Part shown: in pieces, positions 38,690 through 49,090 of the stretch
How the letters are laid out: each line of letters opens with the position of its first letter
Position numbering within the stretch: position 1 is the stretch's first letter
DNA from: Marinoscillum sp.
Lineage (GTDB): Bacteria > Bacteroidota > Bacteroidia > Cytophagales > Cyclobacteriaceae
Assembly (NCBI GenBank): GCA_040218045.1
Contig: JAVJQA010000035.1
Span: 17,946 to 81,945, forward strand
DNA: 64,000 nucleotides
Direction of reading: 5' to 3'
The notes under the pieces: generated by a model
The model's database searches: none
What the model was told of the DNA's origin: nothing
What the model saw: only the letters and a program-made list of their open reading frames with translations
Position numbers and translations under genes: made by a program

Positions 38690-41152
38690 ATGTTTGAAGA
38701 CACATCAAAAGACACAATCTACCTGGCAGACTATCTTGAGGATGAATCAGGTGAATTAATTACCCTGGTATCTGAAGACGAAGAAGAACTGATCGGAGAT
38801 GACCATCTGCCTTCAGGACTTCCCATTCTTCCAATTAAAAATACTGTTTTGTTTCCCGGAGTGGTATTGCCAATCACAGTTGGACGTAGCAAGTCTATTA
38901 AATTGGTCAAAAAGGCCTACAAAGGAGATAGGATCATTGGAGTAATAGCTCAAAAAAACAACAAAAAGGAGGAGGCGACTTTTGCGGATCTATATGAGGT
39001 TGGTACGGTAGCTAAGATTCTCAAAATGCTGGTATTGCCTGATGGGAATACTACTATCATTATTCAGGGCAAGCAGAGATTTCAACTAGGCAGTCCAATT
39101 CATGAAGACCCTTATTTAAAGGCTTCTTTCCAAACCATCGAAGAGTCAGAAGATATTTCTGAAGATGAAATCAAAGCTATCACGAGTTCATTGAAAGAAG
39201 CTGCATATAAGGTTATGAAGCTCAATCCAGAGATTCCTAAAGAAGCTCAGGTGGCACTGGAAAACATTCAGAGTTATACTTTCTTAACTCATTTCCTCTC
39301 TTCCAATGTAAATGCTGAGGTTGGAGACAAGCAGAAATTATTGGAATCGCAAAATCCTAAGAAAAGAGCGGAGTTGTTATTGCAATTCATGCTCAAGGAT
39401 ATCCAAATGCTGGAGTTGAAACAGGAGATTGCGAGCAAAGTGCATTCTGATATCGATCAACAGCAAAGGGATTACTTCCTGAGACAGCAAATGAAAGTCT
39501 TGCAAGACGAACTTGGGCAAGATGGCCCTGATCAGGAGGTCAATACATTGAAGGGTAGGGCCAAGGACAAAAAATGGCCTGATGATGTCAAAAAGCATTT
39601 CCTCAAAGAACTGGACAAGATTGGCAGAATGAATCCAGCAGCTGCGGAATATCCGGTGGCAATGAGTTATGCCGAGTTGTTGGTGGATCTGCCATGGAGA
39701 GAAGTTACCGAGGATAATTTTGATCTTAAGCATGCCAGGGAAGTACTGGATCAGGATCATTTTGGTCTTGAAAAAGTGAAAGAGAGAATCCTGGAGTACC
39801 TGGCTGTCAGGAAACTTAAAAATGATCTCAAAGGCCCAATATTATGCCTTTATGGGCCTCCAGGAGTGGGTAAAACTTCTTTGGGTAAATCCATAGCCAA
39901 TGCCCTTGGAAGAAAATATGTGAGAATGTCTTTAGGCGGTGTACATGATGAAGCCGAAATCCGGGGACATAGAAAAACTTATATCGGTGCCATGCCGGGT
40001 AAAATCATTCAGAATATTAACAAGGCGAAAAGTTCGAATCCGGTTTTTATCCTGGATGAAATAGACAAAGTTAGTTCAGACTTCAGGGGAGATCCTTCAT
40101 CAGCATTGTTGGAAGTATTGGATCCTGAGCAAAACAGTACGTTCAAGGACAACTATCTGGAAGTTGATTATGACTTGTCCAAAATCTTGTTTATCGCTAC
40201 AGCAAACTCTTTGGATACAATTCAGGCACCCTTGAGGGATCGGATGGAAATCATTGATATCACGGGCTATACTCAGGAAGAAAAGGTGGAAATTGCCAAA
40301 AGGCACCTTATCCCAAAACAGAGAGAAGAGCATGGTTTGAAAACAAAAGATGTGACTTTTGAGAAATCCTCTGTAGAAAAACTAATCAACGATTACACTC
40401 GGGAATCCGGTGTGCGTAATCTCGAAAGAAAGGTTGCTTCTGTGATTCGAAATGTGGCAAAATCTATTGCCATGGAAGAGGAGTACACCAAGAAAATTAC
40501 CGACAAAGAAGTCAGGAAAATTCTTGGAGCAGAGGATTTTGATAAGGACGCTTATGAAGACAACAAGCTGCCTGGTGTTGTGACCGGTTTGGCATGGACA
40601 CCTTCTGGAGGGGATATCTTATTTATTGAATCTAGCTTGAGCAGAGGAAAAGGAAAGCTTACGCTCTCTGGTCAGCTAGGGGATGTGATGAAAGAGTCGG
40701 CAATGACTGCATTGTCATACCTGAAAACCAATGCTGCTACTTTAGGTATCGATTACCGGGTGTTTGAACACTATGATCTTCATGTTCATGTGCCAGCTGG
40801 AGCAATTCCCAAAGACGGACCATCTGCCGGGATTACCATGCTCACCTCGCTTGCATCAGTTTATACACAAAGACTTGTCCGGAAAAAGCTGGCCATGACT
40901 GGTGAGATAACCCTTAGGGGGAAAGTTTTACCTGTTGGTGGGATCAAAGAGAAAATTCTTGCGGCAAAACGCGCCGGAATCAAGGAAATCATCATGTGTG
41001 AGCGGAATCAAAAGGATTTGGAGGAAGTAAATGAAAAATATATTAAAGATTTGACCATTCATTTTGTGAAGACTGTACAGGATGTGCTTGATATTGCGTT
41101 ATTGACTCAACAACCTAAAAATCCGATGGAGTTTATACTTCCAAAAGAGTAA
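38690..41152 (+). CDS. lon: ATP-dependent endopeptidase La (Lon)
   Basis: 820 aa. LON N-domain, Walker [10 protein letters not shown], and proteolytic Ser context [11 protein letters not shown]. Confidence 0.97.
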   Translation: MFEDTSKDTIYLADYLEDESGELITLVSEDEEELIGDDHLPSGLPILPIKNTVLFPGVVLPITVGRSKSIKLVKKAYKGDRIIGVIAQKNNKKEEATFADLYEVGTVAKILKMLVLPDGNTTIIIQGKQRFQLGSPIHEDPYLKASFQTIEESEDISEDEIKAITSSLKEAAYKVMKLNPEIPKEAQVALENIQSYTFLTHFLSSNVNAEVGDKQKLLESQNPKKRAELLLQFMLKDIQMLELKQEIASKVHSDIDQQQRDYFLRQQMKVLQDELGQDGPDQEVNTLKGRAKDKKWPDDVKKHFLKELDKIGRMNPAAAEYPVAMSYAELLVDLPWREVTEDNFDLKHAREVLDQDHFGLEKVKERILEYLAVRKLKNDLKGPILCLYGPPGVGKTSLGKSIANALGRKYVRMSLGGVHDEAEIRGHRKTYIGAMPGKIIQNINKAKSSNPVFILDEIDKVSSDFRGDPSSALLEVLDPEQNSTFKDNYLEVDYDLSKILFIATANSLDTIQAPLRDRMEIIDITGYTQEEKVEIAKRHLIPKQREEHGLKTKDVTFEKSSVEKLINDYTRESGVRNLERKVASVIRNVAKSIAMEEEYTKKITDKEVRKILGAEDFDKDAYEDNKLPGVVTGLAWTPSGGDILFIESSLSRGKGKLTLSGQLGDVMKESAMTALSYLKTNAATLGIDYRVFEHYDLHVHVPAGAIPKDGPSAGITMLTSLASVYTQRLVRKKLAMTGEITLRGKVLPVGGIKEKILAAKRAGIKEIIMCERNQKDLEEVNEKYIKDLTIHFVKTVQDVLDIALLTQQPKNPMEFILPKE

Positions 41153-41157
41153 CTATT

Positions 41158-42153
41158 TTGCGAATACTGATCGTCATATTTTCAGTTATTACATTTTCTG
41201 CTACCGCCCAATTCTCGGCTTATCAGAGTGTGGAGACTCCTTTTGGCGCTAGAAACGCTGCCTTGGGCGGACAGGTGGTTTCATTGGCCAATGGTGATTT
41301 GACTCAATTTGTGATGAATCCGGGAGTGCTTGATTCCGTGAAGCACAATGCGGTGGCACTTAATTTCAGTCCATACTTTGCGGGAATTCGCATGTATTCC
41401 TCCGCTTATCAGGCATCATTTAATAAAATCGGTAATCTCGCTTTTGCTGTTTCTTATATGGATTATGGTGATTTTATTCTGACCGATCCAAATGGGGATC
41501 CTAATGGTGAGTTTACTGCCGATGATATCACGTTCGTTGTGGGTAAAAGTCACCGGGTTGGTAGTTTTTCATTAGGTGCCAACCTTAAGTATGCCAAAAG
41601 TGGAATAGCCGGATATGGATCGTCCATGGTTTTAGGGGATTTGGGAGGTATTTACAGGGTTCCAAACATTGACTGGACCTTTGGGTTGGTTTTTAAGAAT
41701 TTCGGAGTAGTATTTAATGACTATTCTGGCAATGGAAGAGCAGAAGTACCATTTGATGTCCTTATTAGTACTTCCATAAAACCGGAGCATATGCCAGTAC
41801 GGTTTAGTTTATCAGCTTTTAACCTTACGGAGAAGCAAGTCTACTTTGAGGATGAAGGGGAGGTAAGTACCTCTAAATCTGTTGAGATTGCTGACAAAAT
41901 ATTTAGACGGATCAACATTGGGACTGAGTTTGTGTTTCATCCAAGATTTCAGTTTTTACTTGGGTATAACCATTTGAGAAGAAGAGAATTGAGGCTTGAT
42001 GGAGGTGCCTATGGTGCTGGGCTGAGTTATGGTTTTATGCTCGCAATCAAACAGTTTCAATTGCGGTATTCACATGCCACCTATAATGCCGCTGGTGGTA
42101 CCGATTTTTTCACCATTCAAACGAACATTGGGGCCTTTAAAAAGGTATTGTAG
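41158..42153 (+). CDS. outer-membrane beta-barrel protein, PorQ-like (T9SS-associated) candidate
   Basis: 331 aa, TTG start, signal peptide ...FSATAQ. N-terminal motif [19 protein letters not shown]...NPGVL resembles PorQ / PorP-SprF-type barrels and lacks the QYMFN motif of SprF. Alternating beta-strand pattern. Confidence 0.45.
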   Translation: MRILIVIFSVITFSATAQFSAYQSVETPFGARNAALGGQVVSLANGDLTQFVMNPGVLDSVKHNAVALNFSPYFAGIRMYSSAYQASFNKIGNLAFAVSYMDYGDFILTDPNGDPNGEFTADDITFVVGKSHRVGSFSLGANLKYAKSGIAGYGSSMVLGDLGGIYRVPNIDWTFGLVFKNFGVVFNDYSGNGRAEVPFDVLISTSIKPEHMPVRFSLSAFNLTEKQVYFEDEGEVSTSKSVEIADKIFRRINIGTEFVFHPRFQFLLGYNHLRRRELRLDGGAYGAGLSYGFMLAIKQFQLRYSHATYNAAGGTDFFTIQTNIGAFKKVL

Positions 42154-42155
42154 AT

Positions 42156-43538
42156 ATGAACAAGAATTTGACACCCAGACAAATAGTCGCGGAATTAGAT
42201 AAATATATCATCGGTCAAAACGATGCAAAAAGAAACGTGGCAATTGCTTTGAGGAATCGATGGAGACGAATGAATGTCAAGGAAGAGATTCAAGGGGAAA
42301 TTGTTCCCAATAATATTCTGATGATTGGTGCCACAGGAGTTGGTAAGACAGAAATCGCCCGAAGGTTGGCTCATTTGGCGGAAGCTCCTTTCACTAAAGT
42401 AGAGGCATCTAAATTCACTGAAGTGGGGTATGTGGGGCGAGATGTTGAAAGCATGATCAGGGACCTGGTAGAGCAAGCTGTTGGTATGATCAAAACCGCC
42501 AAAAAGGAAGAGGTAAAAGAAAAGGCGAAGGAGATTGTAGAAGGAATTATCCTGGACGCACTGATTCCACCGTTGAAAGGTTCGCCAACCCCGCATGCTA
42601 CAGGTATGGGAAAGGATCAGCCCGAAGATGAAAGAGAGTTGAATGAAAAGACACGTGAGCGCTTCAGGGAGAAGATACGGGCCGGAGAGATGGATGAGCG
42701 CAAAATAGATATTGACGTAAAACAGAACTCCAACCCAGGTATGGGCATGGTAGGTGGTGGAATGGATGAAGCCTCTATGATCAATCTTCAGGAAATGCTG
42801 GGCAACATGCTTCCTAAGAAGACCAAGAAGAGGAAAGTGACCATTGCTGAGGCTAGAAAGATTTTACTCGAAGAAGAATCTTCAAAGCTCATAGATATGG
42901 ATGAAGTGAAGGAAGAAGCGTTAAGAAAGGCTCAAAATACCGGTATTGTGTTTATTGATGAGATAGACAAAATAGCCGCTGGGGGTAGAGGTGGAGGTCA
43001 GGGTGGGCCTGACGTGAGCCGAGAAGGAGTACAGCGAGATATGCTCCCAATTGTGGAAGGTAGCGCGGTGAATACCAAGTATGGTATTGTGCATACTGAT
43101 CATATCTTGTTCATTGCAGCTGGTGCATTCCATTTTAGCAAGCCGTCAGATTTAATTCCTGAACTTCAAGGTCGATTTCCGATTAGGGTAGAGCTGGACA
43201 ATCTGACCAAGGCTGATTTTTTGAGTATTCTTAAAGAACCAAAAAATGCGCTGACCAAGCAATATATAGCTTTGGTCAATGCAGAAGATGTTCAGCTTTC
43301 TTTTCAGGAAGATGCACTTGAACGTCTGGCAGAAATAGCATTCCAGATCAATGAAGACGTAGAAAACATTGGAGCAAGGCGCTTGCATACTGTAATGAGT
43401 AAGCTATTGAATGAGATTTTATTTGAAATCCCTGATACGATCGGGCCTAATGCGAAAATTGTGGTTGACAAGGCACTGGTGGAAGAGAAGCTGGATGGAC
43501 TGGTCAAAAACAAAGACCTCAGCCAATACATTTTATAA
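42156..43538 (+). CDS. hslU: HslU AAA+ unfoldase subunit of the HslUV protease
   Basis: 460 aa. [17 protein letters not shown], Walker [16 protein letters not shown], Walker [11 protein letters not shown], plus an I-domain insertion. Confidence 0.95.
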   Translation: MNKNLTPRQIVAELDKYIIGQNDAKRNVAIALRNRWRRMNVKEEIQGEIVPNNILMIGATGVGKTEIARRLAHLAEAPFTKVEASKFTEVGYVGRDVESMIRDLVEQAVGMIKTAKKEEVKEKAKEIVEGIILDALIPPLKGSPTPHATGMGKDQPEDERELNEKTRERFREKIRAGEMDERKIDIDVKQNSNPGMGMVGGGMDEASMINLQEMLGNMLPKKTKKRKVTIAEARKILLEEESSKLIDMDEVKEEALRKAQNTGIVFIDEIDKIAAGGRGGGQGGPDVSREGVQRDMLPIVEGSAVNTKYGIVHTDHILFIAAGAFHFSKPSDLIPELQGRFPIRVELDNLTKADFLSILKEPKNALTKQYIALVNAEDVQLSFQEDALERLAEIAFQINEDVENIGARRLHTVMSKLLNEILFEIPDTIGPNAKIVVDKALVEEKLDGLVKNKDLSQYIL

Positions 43539-43541
43539 TTT

Positions 43542-44315
43542 TCAAGTAGCTTCGGCTGCTTTTTTTCTTTGGGTAGCATTTTCATATGATTGATCGTAAT
43601 CGCTCCGAAGCGTACCAAACATACGGTCCCAGATCAAAGTGTACAATCCGTAATTTCCATGGAACCACTGATGGTGCTGGTTGTGGGCAACCGATGTGTT
43701 GATGTATCTCCCTATCCATGTTTTATGAAATCCTTTCGGGAACAATTCATAGCCCAGATGCCCATAGACATTGTAAATAATCTGAAAGATCATGAAAAGG
43801 ACTATGACAAATGGGTGTGTAGGTACCGTAAATACCAGTATCGGGATGATCAGTGTTTCAATCACTGCCTCTATAGGATGAAAGGCATAGGCAGTCCACG
43901 GTGAAGGATTTGTAGATAGGTGATGGACTTTGTGGATGTGCTTAAACAATGAGGGATGGTGCATGAGCCTGTGCGCCCAATAGAAATAAAAATCATGAAT
44001 GATGAAAATTGGTATAACTGTCAGTATCCAATACCACAGAGGCCTGGCACTGATGTCGTAGATGACCACATTGTAAGGTCTCAGGTAAGTAAAACTTCCA
44101 ATAGCGATTAATGCAAAAATGGCCACTGTAGTAGCTGAATAGATAAAATCTCTTTGATAATCGCTGACTTTAGGAAATTTACCTTGTATTTTCTTGAAGG
44201 TCAATCGATTTTTGAAAAGGATATAATAAATGAAGAAAGCTACGCCAGCTGCTATGAAATACCGAATGCCGATTCGGTAAAATACCATAGGAAACTGATT
44301 GATTAATTCATCCAT
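43542..44315 (-). CDS. sterol desaturase / fatty acid hydroxylase family membrane protein
   Basis: 257 aa. His boxes HRLMHH, HKVHH and HNQHHQWFHGNYG. Confidence 0.85.
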   Translation of the reverse strand: MDELINQFPMVFYRIGIRYFIAAGVAFFIYYILFKNRLTFKKIQGKFPKVSDYQRDFIYSATTVAIFALIAIGSFTYLRPYNVVIYDISARPLWYWILTVIPIFIIHDFYFYWAHRLMHHPSLFKHIHKVHHLSTNPSPWTAYAFHPIEAVIETLIIPILVFTVPTHPFVIVLFMIFQIIYNVYGHLGYELFPKGFHKTWIGRYINTSVAHNQHHQWFHGNYGLYTLIWDRMFGTLRSDYDQSYENATQRKKAAEAT

Positions 44316-44336
44316 GGATCAATAATGATTAGAGAT

Positions 44337-44831
44337 TTATCTGGGCAACTTTTTAGGAGTAATCAGGTATTTTTTTTCAGTCTTTGCTTTTGTGATTTCT
44401 TTCCAGGAGTCAATTTTCAGATTAACTACATATACGCCTGCTGTTGGGAGGTTGTCCAAATATTCCGAAGTGAACACATTGACCAGGTCAGTAAATCCCG
44501 GGTTATGCCCGAAGATTGCTGCTGATTTCACATCCGATTCTAGCTTGGAGAGTATAGTGAGAATTTTTTCAGAGGTAGCATGATACAAGCCTTCTTCTAT
44601 TTGGATGTCATCCTCTGGATATCCCCACTCATCACCCATTAACAATGCTGTATATAACGCCCTACTTGCTGGACTGCTAATCATCAGTTGTGGAGTAGGT
44701 TCGTTTTCACTAAGAAATTTACCAACAAATGGTGCGTCCCTGCGTCCCCGCACTCCAAGCGGGCGATGGATGTCTTCCATGTCAAATGTCCACGAAGATT
44801 TGGCATGTCTGATGATATATAATTTCTTCAT
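44337..44831 (-). CDS. histidine phosphatase family protein (SixA-like)
   Basis: 164 aa. N-terminal catalytic RHAKS motif and a downstream GHNP motif. Confidence 0.75.
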   Translation of the reverse strand: MKKLYIIRHAKSSWTFDMEDIHRPLGVRGRRDAPFVGKFLSENEPTPQLMISSPASRALYTALLMGDEWGYPEDDIQIEEGLYHATSEKILTILSKLESDVKSAAIFGHNPGFTDLVNVFTSEYLDNLPTAGVYVVNLKIDSWKEITKAKTEKKYLITPKKLPR

Positions 44832-44840
44832 TGATAAATT

Positions 44841-45851
44841 TTAATCTGGAATATAGAAATCAAAAACTAATTCTTGCATGCACTTAAAATGTCCTTTTGG
44901 ACATTTTGAATGGCCAAGTTTTGAGCAAGGTCGACAATTGATCTTCTTGTTTTCAAAGATGGTGAATTTAGTTCGATAAGGGTACATCCCAAATTCAGGA
45001 ATGGTATTGCCCCATATCGTGAAAACATCTTTCTTAAACGCCGCTGCAATGTGCATTAACCCCGTATCATGAGAAAACACCCATGAAGCCTGTTTGATTA
45101 ACGAAGCAGACTGATTAATGTTGAATTTACCACATGCGTTATAAACTATGGCTTTTTTTCCTAACTCTTCCAGGCCTTTGTCATAAACTGTTTCGTGCGC
45201 TGAACGTTTGAAAAACCTTTCCACTTCATCACCAATTGAAGATTCAGCTTTACCTCCCAGTAGAAGAATTGGCTTGTTAATTCTGTCACAGAGCTCAATA
45301 ATGCGTTTTATAGGCAGTTTTTTGGTGTTATATTTTCCGCCAATGATCACAGCTGCATAGTATTGTTGATAAGGTTGAGGAAGCCATTGGAGGTCCACAA
45401 TGTCTTTTTCAGGGATGAAATGATCTAACCCGAGTTCATCCATTTTGATACCTAATGGCTTCAGGGTATCCATATAGCGATCCACAATATGTCTGTTGGG
45501 CAAGCGGTTAATTTTAAAATTTACCATCAGCCATTTTTCCACATTCAGCTTATTAAATGAATAGGATTTTACACCTAGAGCAAACTTTATGATCCGGGTT
45601 CTGAGGTTATTGTGAAGATCGATGATGAGATCATATCTTTCATTCTTTAATTTCCCGATTAGATCTGAAAGGCTGTCCTCAAGGAGATGTATATGATCTA
45701 AATAGGGATTTTCCCGGATGATTTCCTCATGACAAGCCTTTGTGGCGAAATGAACCTGACAATCATTCTGCTGGTTTTTTAGACACCTGATTACAGGAGT
45801 TGTGAGCACAATATCGCCAATTGAAGAAAATCGTAAAATAAGTACTTTCAT
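44841..45851 (-). CDS. glycosyltransferase family 9 (heptosyltransferase-like)
   Basis: 336 aa. MKVLILRFSSIGDIVLTTPVIRCLK N-terminus and DTGLMHIAAA motif, both typical of GT9. Confidence 0.85.
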   Translation of the reverse strand: MKVLILRFSSIGDIVLTTPVIRCLKNQQNDCQVHFATKACHEEIIRENPYLDHIHLLEDSLSDLIGKLKNERYDLIIDLHNNLRTRIIKFALGVKSYSFNKLNVEKWLMVNFKINRLPNRHIVDRYMDTLKPLGIKMDELGLDHFIPEKDIVDLQWLPQPYQQYYAAVIIGGKYNTKKLPIKRIIELCDRINKPILLLGGKAESSIGDEVERFFKRSAHETVYDKGLEELGKKAIVYNACGKFNINQSASLIKQASWVFSHDTGLMHIAAAFKKDVFTIWGNTIPEFGMYPYRTKFTIFENKKINCRPCSKLGHSKCPKGHFKCMQELVFDFYIPD

Positions 45852-45978
45852 TTCTGGAATTTAACAGGACAAAAGGAGTCAATATTTAGTACATTTAAAG
45901 AGAGTCGATAGAGTTTTGTTCAATTAGCAAAGAATGAGATTTTCGGAAGATAAGGATTTCAGCATATTGAGTTGTTTA

Positions 45979-47538
45979 ATGAGGGTGAATAAATACATAT
46001 CATTTTTTGTTTTGCTCATTTTTTTGAGTCTAAATAGTAACGCTCAAAAAAAGAAAAATCAGGATACGAGCAGCCATATTTCCCAACCGGGTCGAATCGA
46101 ATTTGATATCTATGACTATGATATGGATTTCAGAGTGATTAATGGAGAGGAGAATGGTTTATTGGTTGTAATTGAAACTCAAAACCGAAGTGATAATGGG
46201 TTTAACTGGACCTTCCATTATGTAGATACACTGTTGCAAAAAGTTTGGACCAGAATTTACCCCATCCCATTTGATTCCTACCTGACTGGCTATGAATATC
46301 ATGATGGTAAGTTTTACCTGCTTTTTAATGTTAATCAGTACCGCAATGAGGATATGTTGCTACTGGAGATTGATATTGAAACTCAAAATTTCAGAACCCT
46401 GGAAATCAACACTGTTTTCCCAATCCAACTCACATTTTTTGAAGTCATAGAAAATAATGTATTGCTTGCTGGTTACACAAATTACCGTCCTGTACTACTT
46501 ACCTATAACATGGATGAGGAGAAGCCTCGTGTTGTCCCAGGCTTTTATGATAATAACAGTGATATCATAGATATAGTAATAGATGATGAAGCACGTATGT
46601 TTACGGTCATTCAGTCGGAGAGAATGAACAACCGGAGATACACCATGCGTGCAAAGACATTTACAGCCGATGGAGATTTGGTTCAGAATAATGTAATTAG
46701 CCCTGGCGAGAAGAAAAACCTCATTGATGGGGCTAGCACCATGTTTTTTGGAGGGTTCCAATATATGGCTGGCACATACTCTAAAAAGAACTCAGAGTAC
46801 AGCCGTGGGCTGTACCTGTCTAAATTCATCAATGGACGGCAGCAGTTCGTTAAATATTTTGATTATTCTGATCTCAATAATTTTTTCGGATATATGAATG
46901 AGCGACGGGAGAAAAGAGTGATGGAGCGGATTGAAAGGAAAAGAGCGAAAGGCAAAAAACCCAGTTTCAGTTATCGACTTCTGGTCCATGACATCATTCA
47001 GCAAGATGAGGACTACCTCATGATTGCCGAAGCCTACTATCCGAGGTACTCTAATTACTCTTCGGCCTACAGTGGGTCCGGATGGAGCAATTCCACTCGT
47101 TTCAACCCAAGCTTTATGGGTTATAAGTACACACATGCCATCGTGGTGGGATTTGATAGAAATGGCAATATTATTTGGGACAATAGCTTTGAAATAAATG
47201 ATGTAGAAACCTATGCGTTAGAGGAATTCGTGGGAGTCAGTCATTACGATGATCAAGTCATTTTGATGTACCTGGAAGAAAACACTATTAGATCCAAGGT
47301 GATTCAGGGCAATGAGATCCTGGAGGGAAAAACATTCAATCCAGTAAAACTTAGCTATGAGTCGGATCAAGTAAAAAGTAGGAATCCGGAAATAGAAGGC
47401 TTAAAGAAATGGTACGACCAAGTGATGTATGCTTATGGGGAGCAACGCATCAGAAATGATGATGCCACTGATGGACGGTTGAGCAGGAGGGTCTTCTATA
47501 TCAATAAGATCATTTACTCTGCAAACGAGGCCAATTGA
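45979..47538 (+). CDS. hypothetical secreted protein
   Basis: The track ORF starts at 45934; ATG 45979 gives the signal peptide MRVNKYISFFVLLIFLSLNSNAQ. No recognisable catalytic motif. Confidence 0.6.
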   Translation: MRVNKYISFFVLLIFLSLNSNAQKKKNQDTSSHISQPGRIEFDIYDYDMDFRVINGEENGLLVVIETQNRSDNGFNWTFHYVDTLLQKVWTRIYPIPFDSYLTGYEYHDGKFYLLFNVNQYRNEDMLLLEIDIETQNFRTLEINTVFPIQLTFFEVIENNVLLAGYTNYRPVLLTYNMDEEKPRVVPGFYDNNSDIIDIVIDDEARMFTVIQSERMNNRRYTMRAKTFTADGDLVQNNVISPGEKKNLIDGASTMFFGGFQYMAGTYSKKNSEYSRGLYLSKFINGRQQFVKYFDYSDLNNFFGYMNERREKRVMERIERKRAKGKKPSFSYRLLVHDIIQQDEDYLMIAEAYYPRYSNYSSAYSGSGWSNSTRFNPSFMGYKYTHAIVVGFDRNGNIIWDNSFEINDVETYALEEFVGVSHYDDQVILMYLEENTIRSKVIQGNEILEGKTFNPVKLSYESDQVKSRNPEIEGLKKWYDQVMYAYGEQRIRNDDATDGRLSRRVFYINKIIYSANEAN

Positions 47539-47624
47539 TCATCAATTATCTCCTTTCCTAATATTTCATTGAGGTTGCTATTTAGGTTAAGAGAGATGCT
47601 CTTATATTTGCAGGAAGTCTGATC

Positions 47625-48167
47625 ATGCAAAAACGACTCCTGTTCAACAGTAAGCTGCTCCAGATCACAATCAGCAGATTGTGTCAACACCTCATTGAAA
47701 ATCATGATGATTTTTCTGATTCAGTCATTTTGGGGATGCAGCCCAGAGGAATTTACCTGGCAGAACGTATCCGTAAGGAACTGGAAAAAATCCTCAACAA
47801 GCCTATAAAAACAGGCTATCTGGATACTACTTTTCATAGAGACGATTTTAGAAGACGGGATCACCCACTCACCCCCAATCAAACCAAAGTCCCGTTTATC
47901 ATTGAAGACAAGAATGTTATTCTCATAGATGATGTGCTTTATACAGGAAGGTCTGTTAGAGCTGCCTTAGATGCCATGACCATGTTTGGCCGTCCGGCAA
48001 AGGTGGAATTGCTTGTATTAATCGATCGAATGTACAGCAGGCATATCCCGGTTGAAGGCAATTATGTAGGAAGAAAGGTGAATACCTTGCCATCTCAAAG
48101 AGTGCTTGTAGAATTGCAGGAGCAAGGAAAAAAAGACAATATTTGGTTAATGAACGAAGCTGAATGA
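47625..48167 (+). CDS. pyrR: PyrR, pyrimidine operon regulator / uracil phosphoribosyltransferase
   Basis: 180 aa. PRPP-binding loop [18 protein letters not shown]. The stop overlaps the pyrB start. Confidence 0.9.
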   Translation: MQKRLLFNSKLLQITISRLCQHLIENHDDFSDSVILGMQPRGIYLAERIRKELEKILNKPIKTGYLDTTFHRDDFRRRDHPLTPNQTKVPFIIEDKNVILIDDVLYTGRSVRAALDAMTMFGRPAKVELLVLIDRMYSRHIPVEGNYVGRKVNTLPSQRVLVELQEQGKKDNIWLMNEAE

Positions 48168-49090
48168 GTCAATTGAAAACAAAACATCTCCTCGGAATAA
48201 AAAACCTCTCAGCTGAGGAGATTCAGCTAATTTTCGAAACTGCTGATAATTTTAAAGATGTTTTGAACCGGCCAATTAAAAAAGTTCCTTCGCTTAGGGA
48301 TGTAACAGTAGCCAACGTTTTTTTCGAGAATTCCACAAGGACCCGACTTTCTTTTGAACTCGCAGAGAAGAGACTTTCTGCAGATGTTATCAATTTTTCT
48401 TCATCATCCTCTTCTGTTAAAAAAGGTGAAACCCTGCTGGATACTGTGAATAATATTTTGGCTATGAAAGTGGATATGGTGGTCATGAGGCATAGTAGCC
48501 CAGGAGCACCTCATTTCCTGGCTAAGCATATTGATGCAAATATTATCAATGCAGGTGATGGCACTCATGAGCATCCTACCCAGGCTTTGCTGGATACGTT
48601 TTCAATCAGACAAAAAACAGGTGATGTTGCTGGTAAGAAAGTGGTTATTGTTGGGGATATTCTCCATTCACGTGTTGCTTTGTCGAATATCTTTGCACTT
48701 CAAAAACTGGGTGCAGAAGTCATGGTATGTGGTCCTGCTACTTTGTTGCCCAAACACATTGCAGAATTAGGTGTAAAAGTGGAGTTGGACATTCGGAAAG
48801 CACTTGAATGGTGTGATGTTGCAAATGTTTTGCGTATCCAATTGGAGCGCCAAAAGATGCGCTATTTTCCTTCTCTGCGCGAGTACTCCCTATACTACGG
48901 CATCAATAAGCAACTACTCGATTCACTCGATAAAGAAATAGTTATCATGCATCCTGGGCCGATCAATAGAGGTGTCGAGATTACCAGCGATGTGGCAGAT
49001 TCTGAACACTCCATCATACTTGATCAGGTGGAAAATGGAGTGGCCATTAGAATGGCCGTGCTTTATCTCCTTGCTGGTCAAAGGGAGTAA
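48164..49090 (+). CDS. pyrB: aspartate carbamoyltransferase catalytic subunit
   Basis: 308 aa. STRTR, HPTQ and HPGP motifs. Confidence 0.95.
   Translation: MSQLKTKHLLGIKNLSAEEIQLIFETADNFKDVLNRPIKKVPSLRDVTVANVFFENSTRTRLSFELAEKRLSADVINFSSSSSSVKKGETLLDTVNNILAMKVDMVVMRHSSPGAPHFLAKHIDANIINAGDGTHEHPTQALLDTFSIRQKTGDVAGKKVVIVGDILHSRVALSNIFALQKLGAEVMVCGPATLLPKHIAELGVKVELDIRKALEWCDVANVLRIQLERQKMRYFPSLREYSLYYGINKQLLDSLDKEIVIMHPGPINRGVEITSDVADSEHSIILDQVENGVAIRMAVLYLLAGQRE

Noticed and set aside
40032-40041. The tRNA T-arm-like motif GTTCGAATCC.
   Set aside because: It lies in frame within the lon coding sequence (…KSSNPVF…). No acceptor or anticodon stems can be drawn around it.
47588-47604. A possible PyrR-binding attenuator hairpin (TAAGAG-AGATG-CTCTTA) in the pyrR leader.
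   Set aside because: The loop and stem do not match the PyrR recognition consensus as I remember it (a UCCAGAGAGG-type loop). No downstream terminator/antiterminator pair is visible. The stem has only 6 bp.
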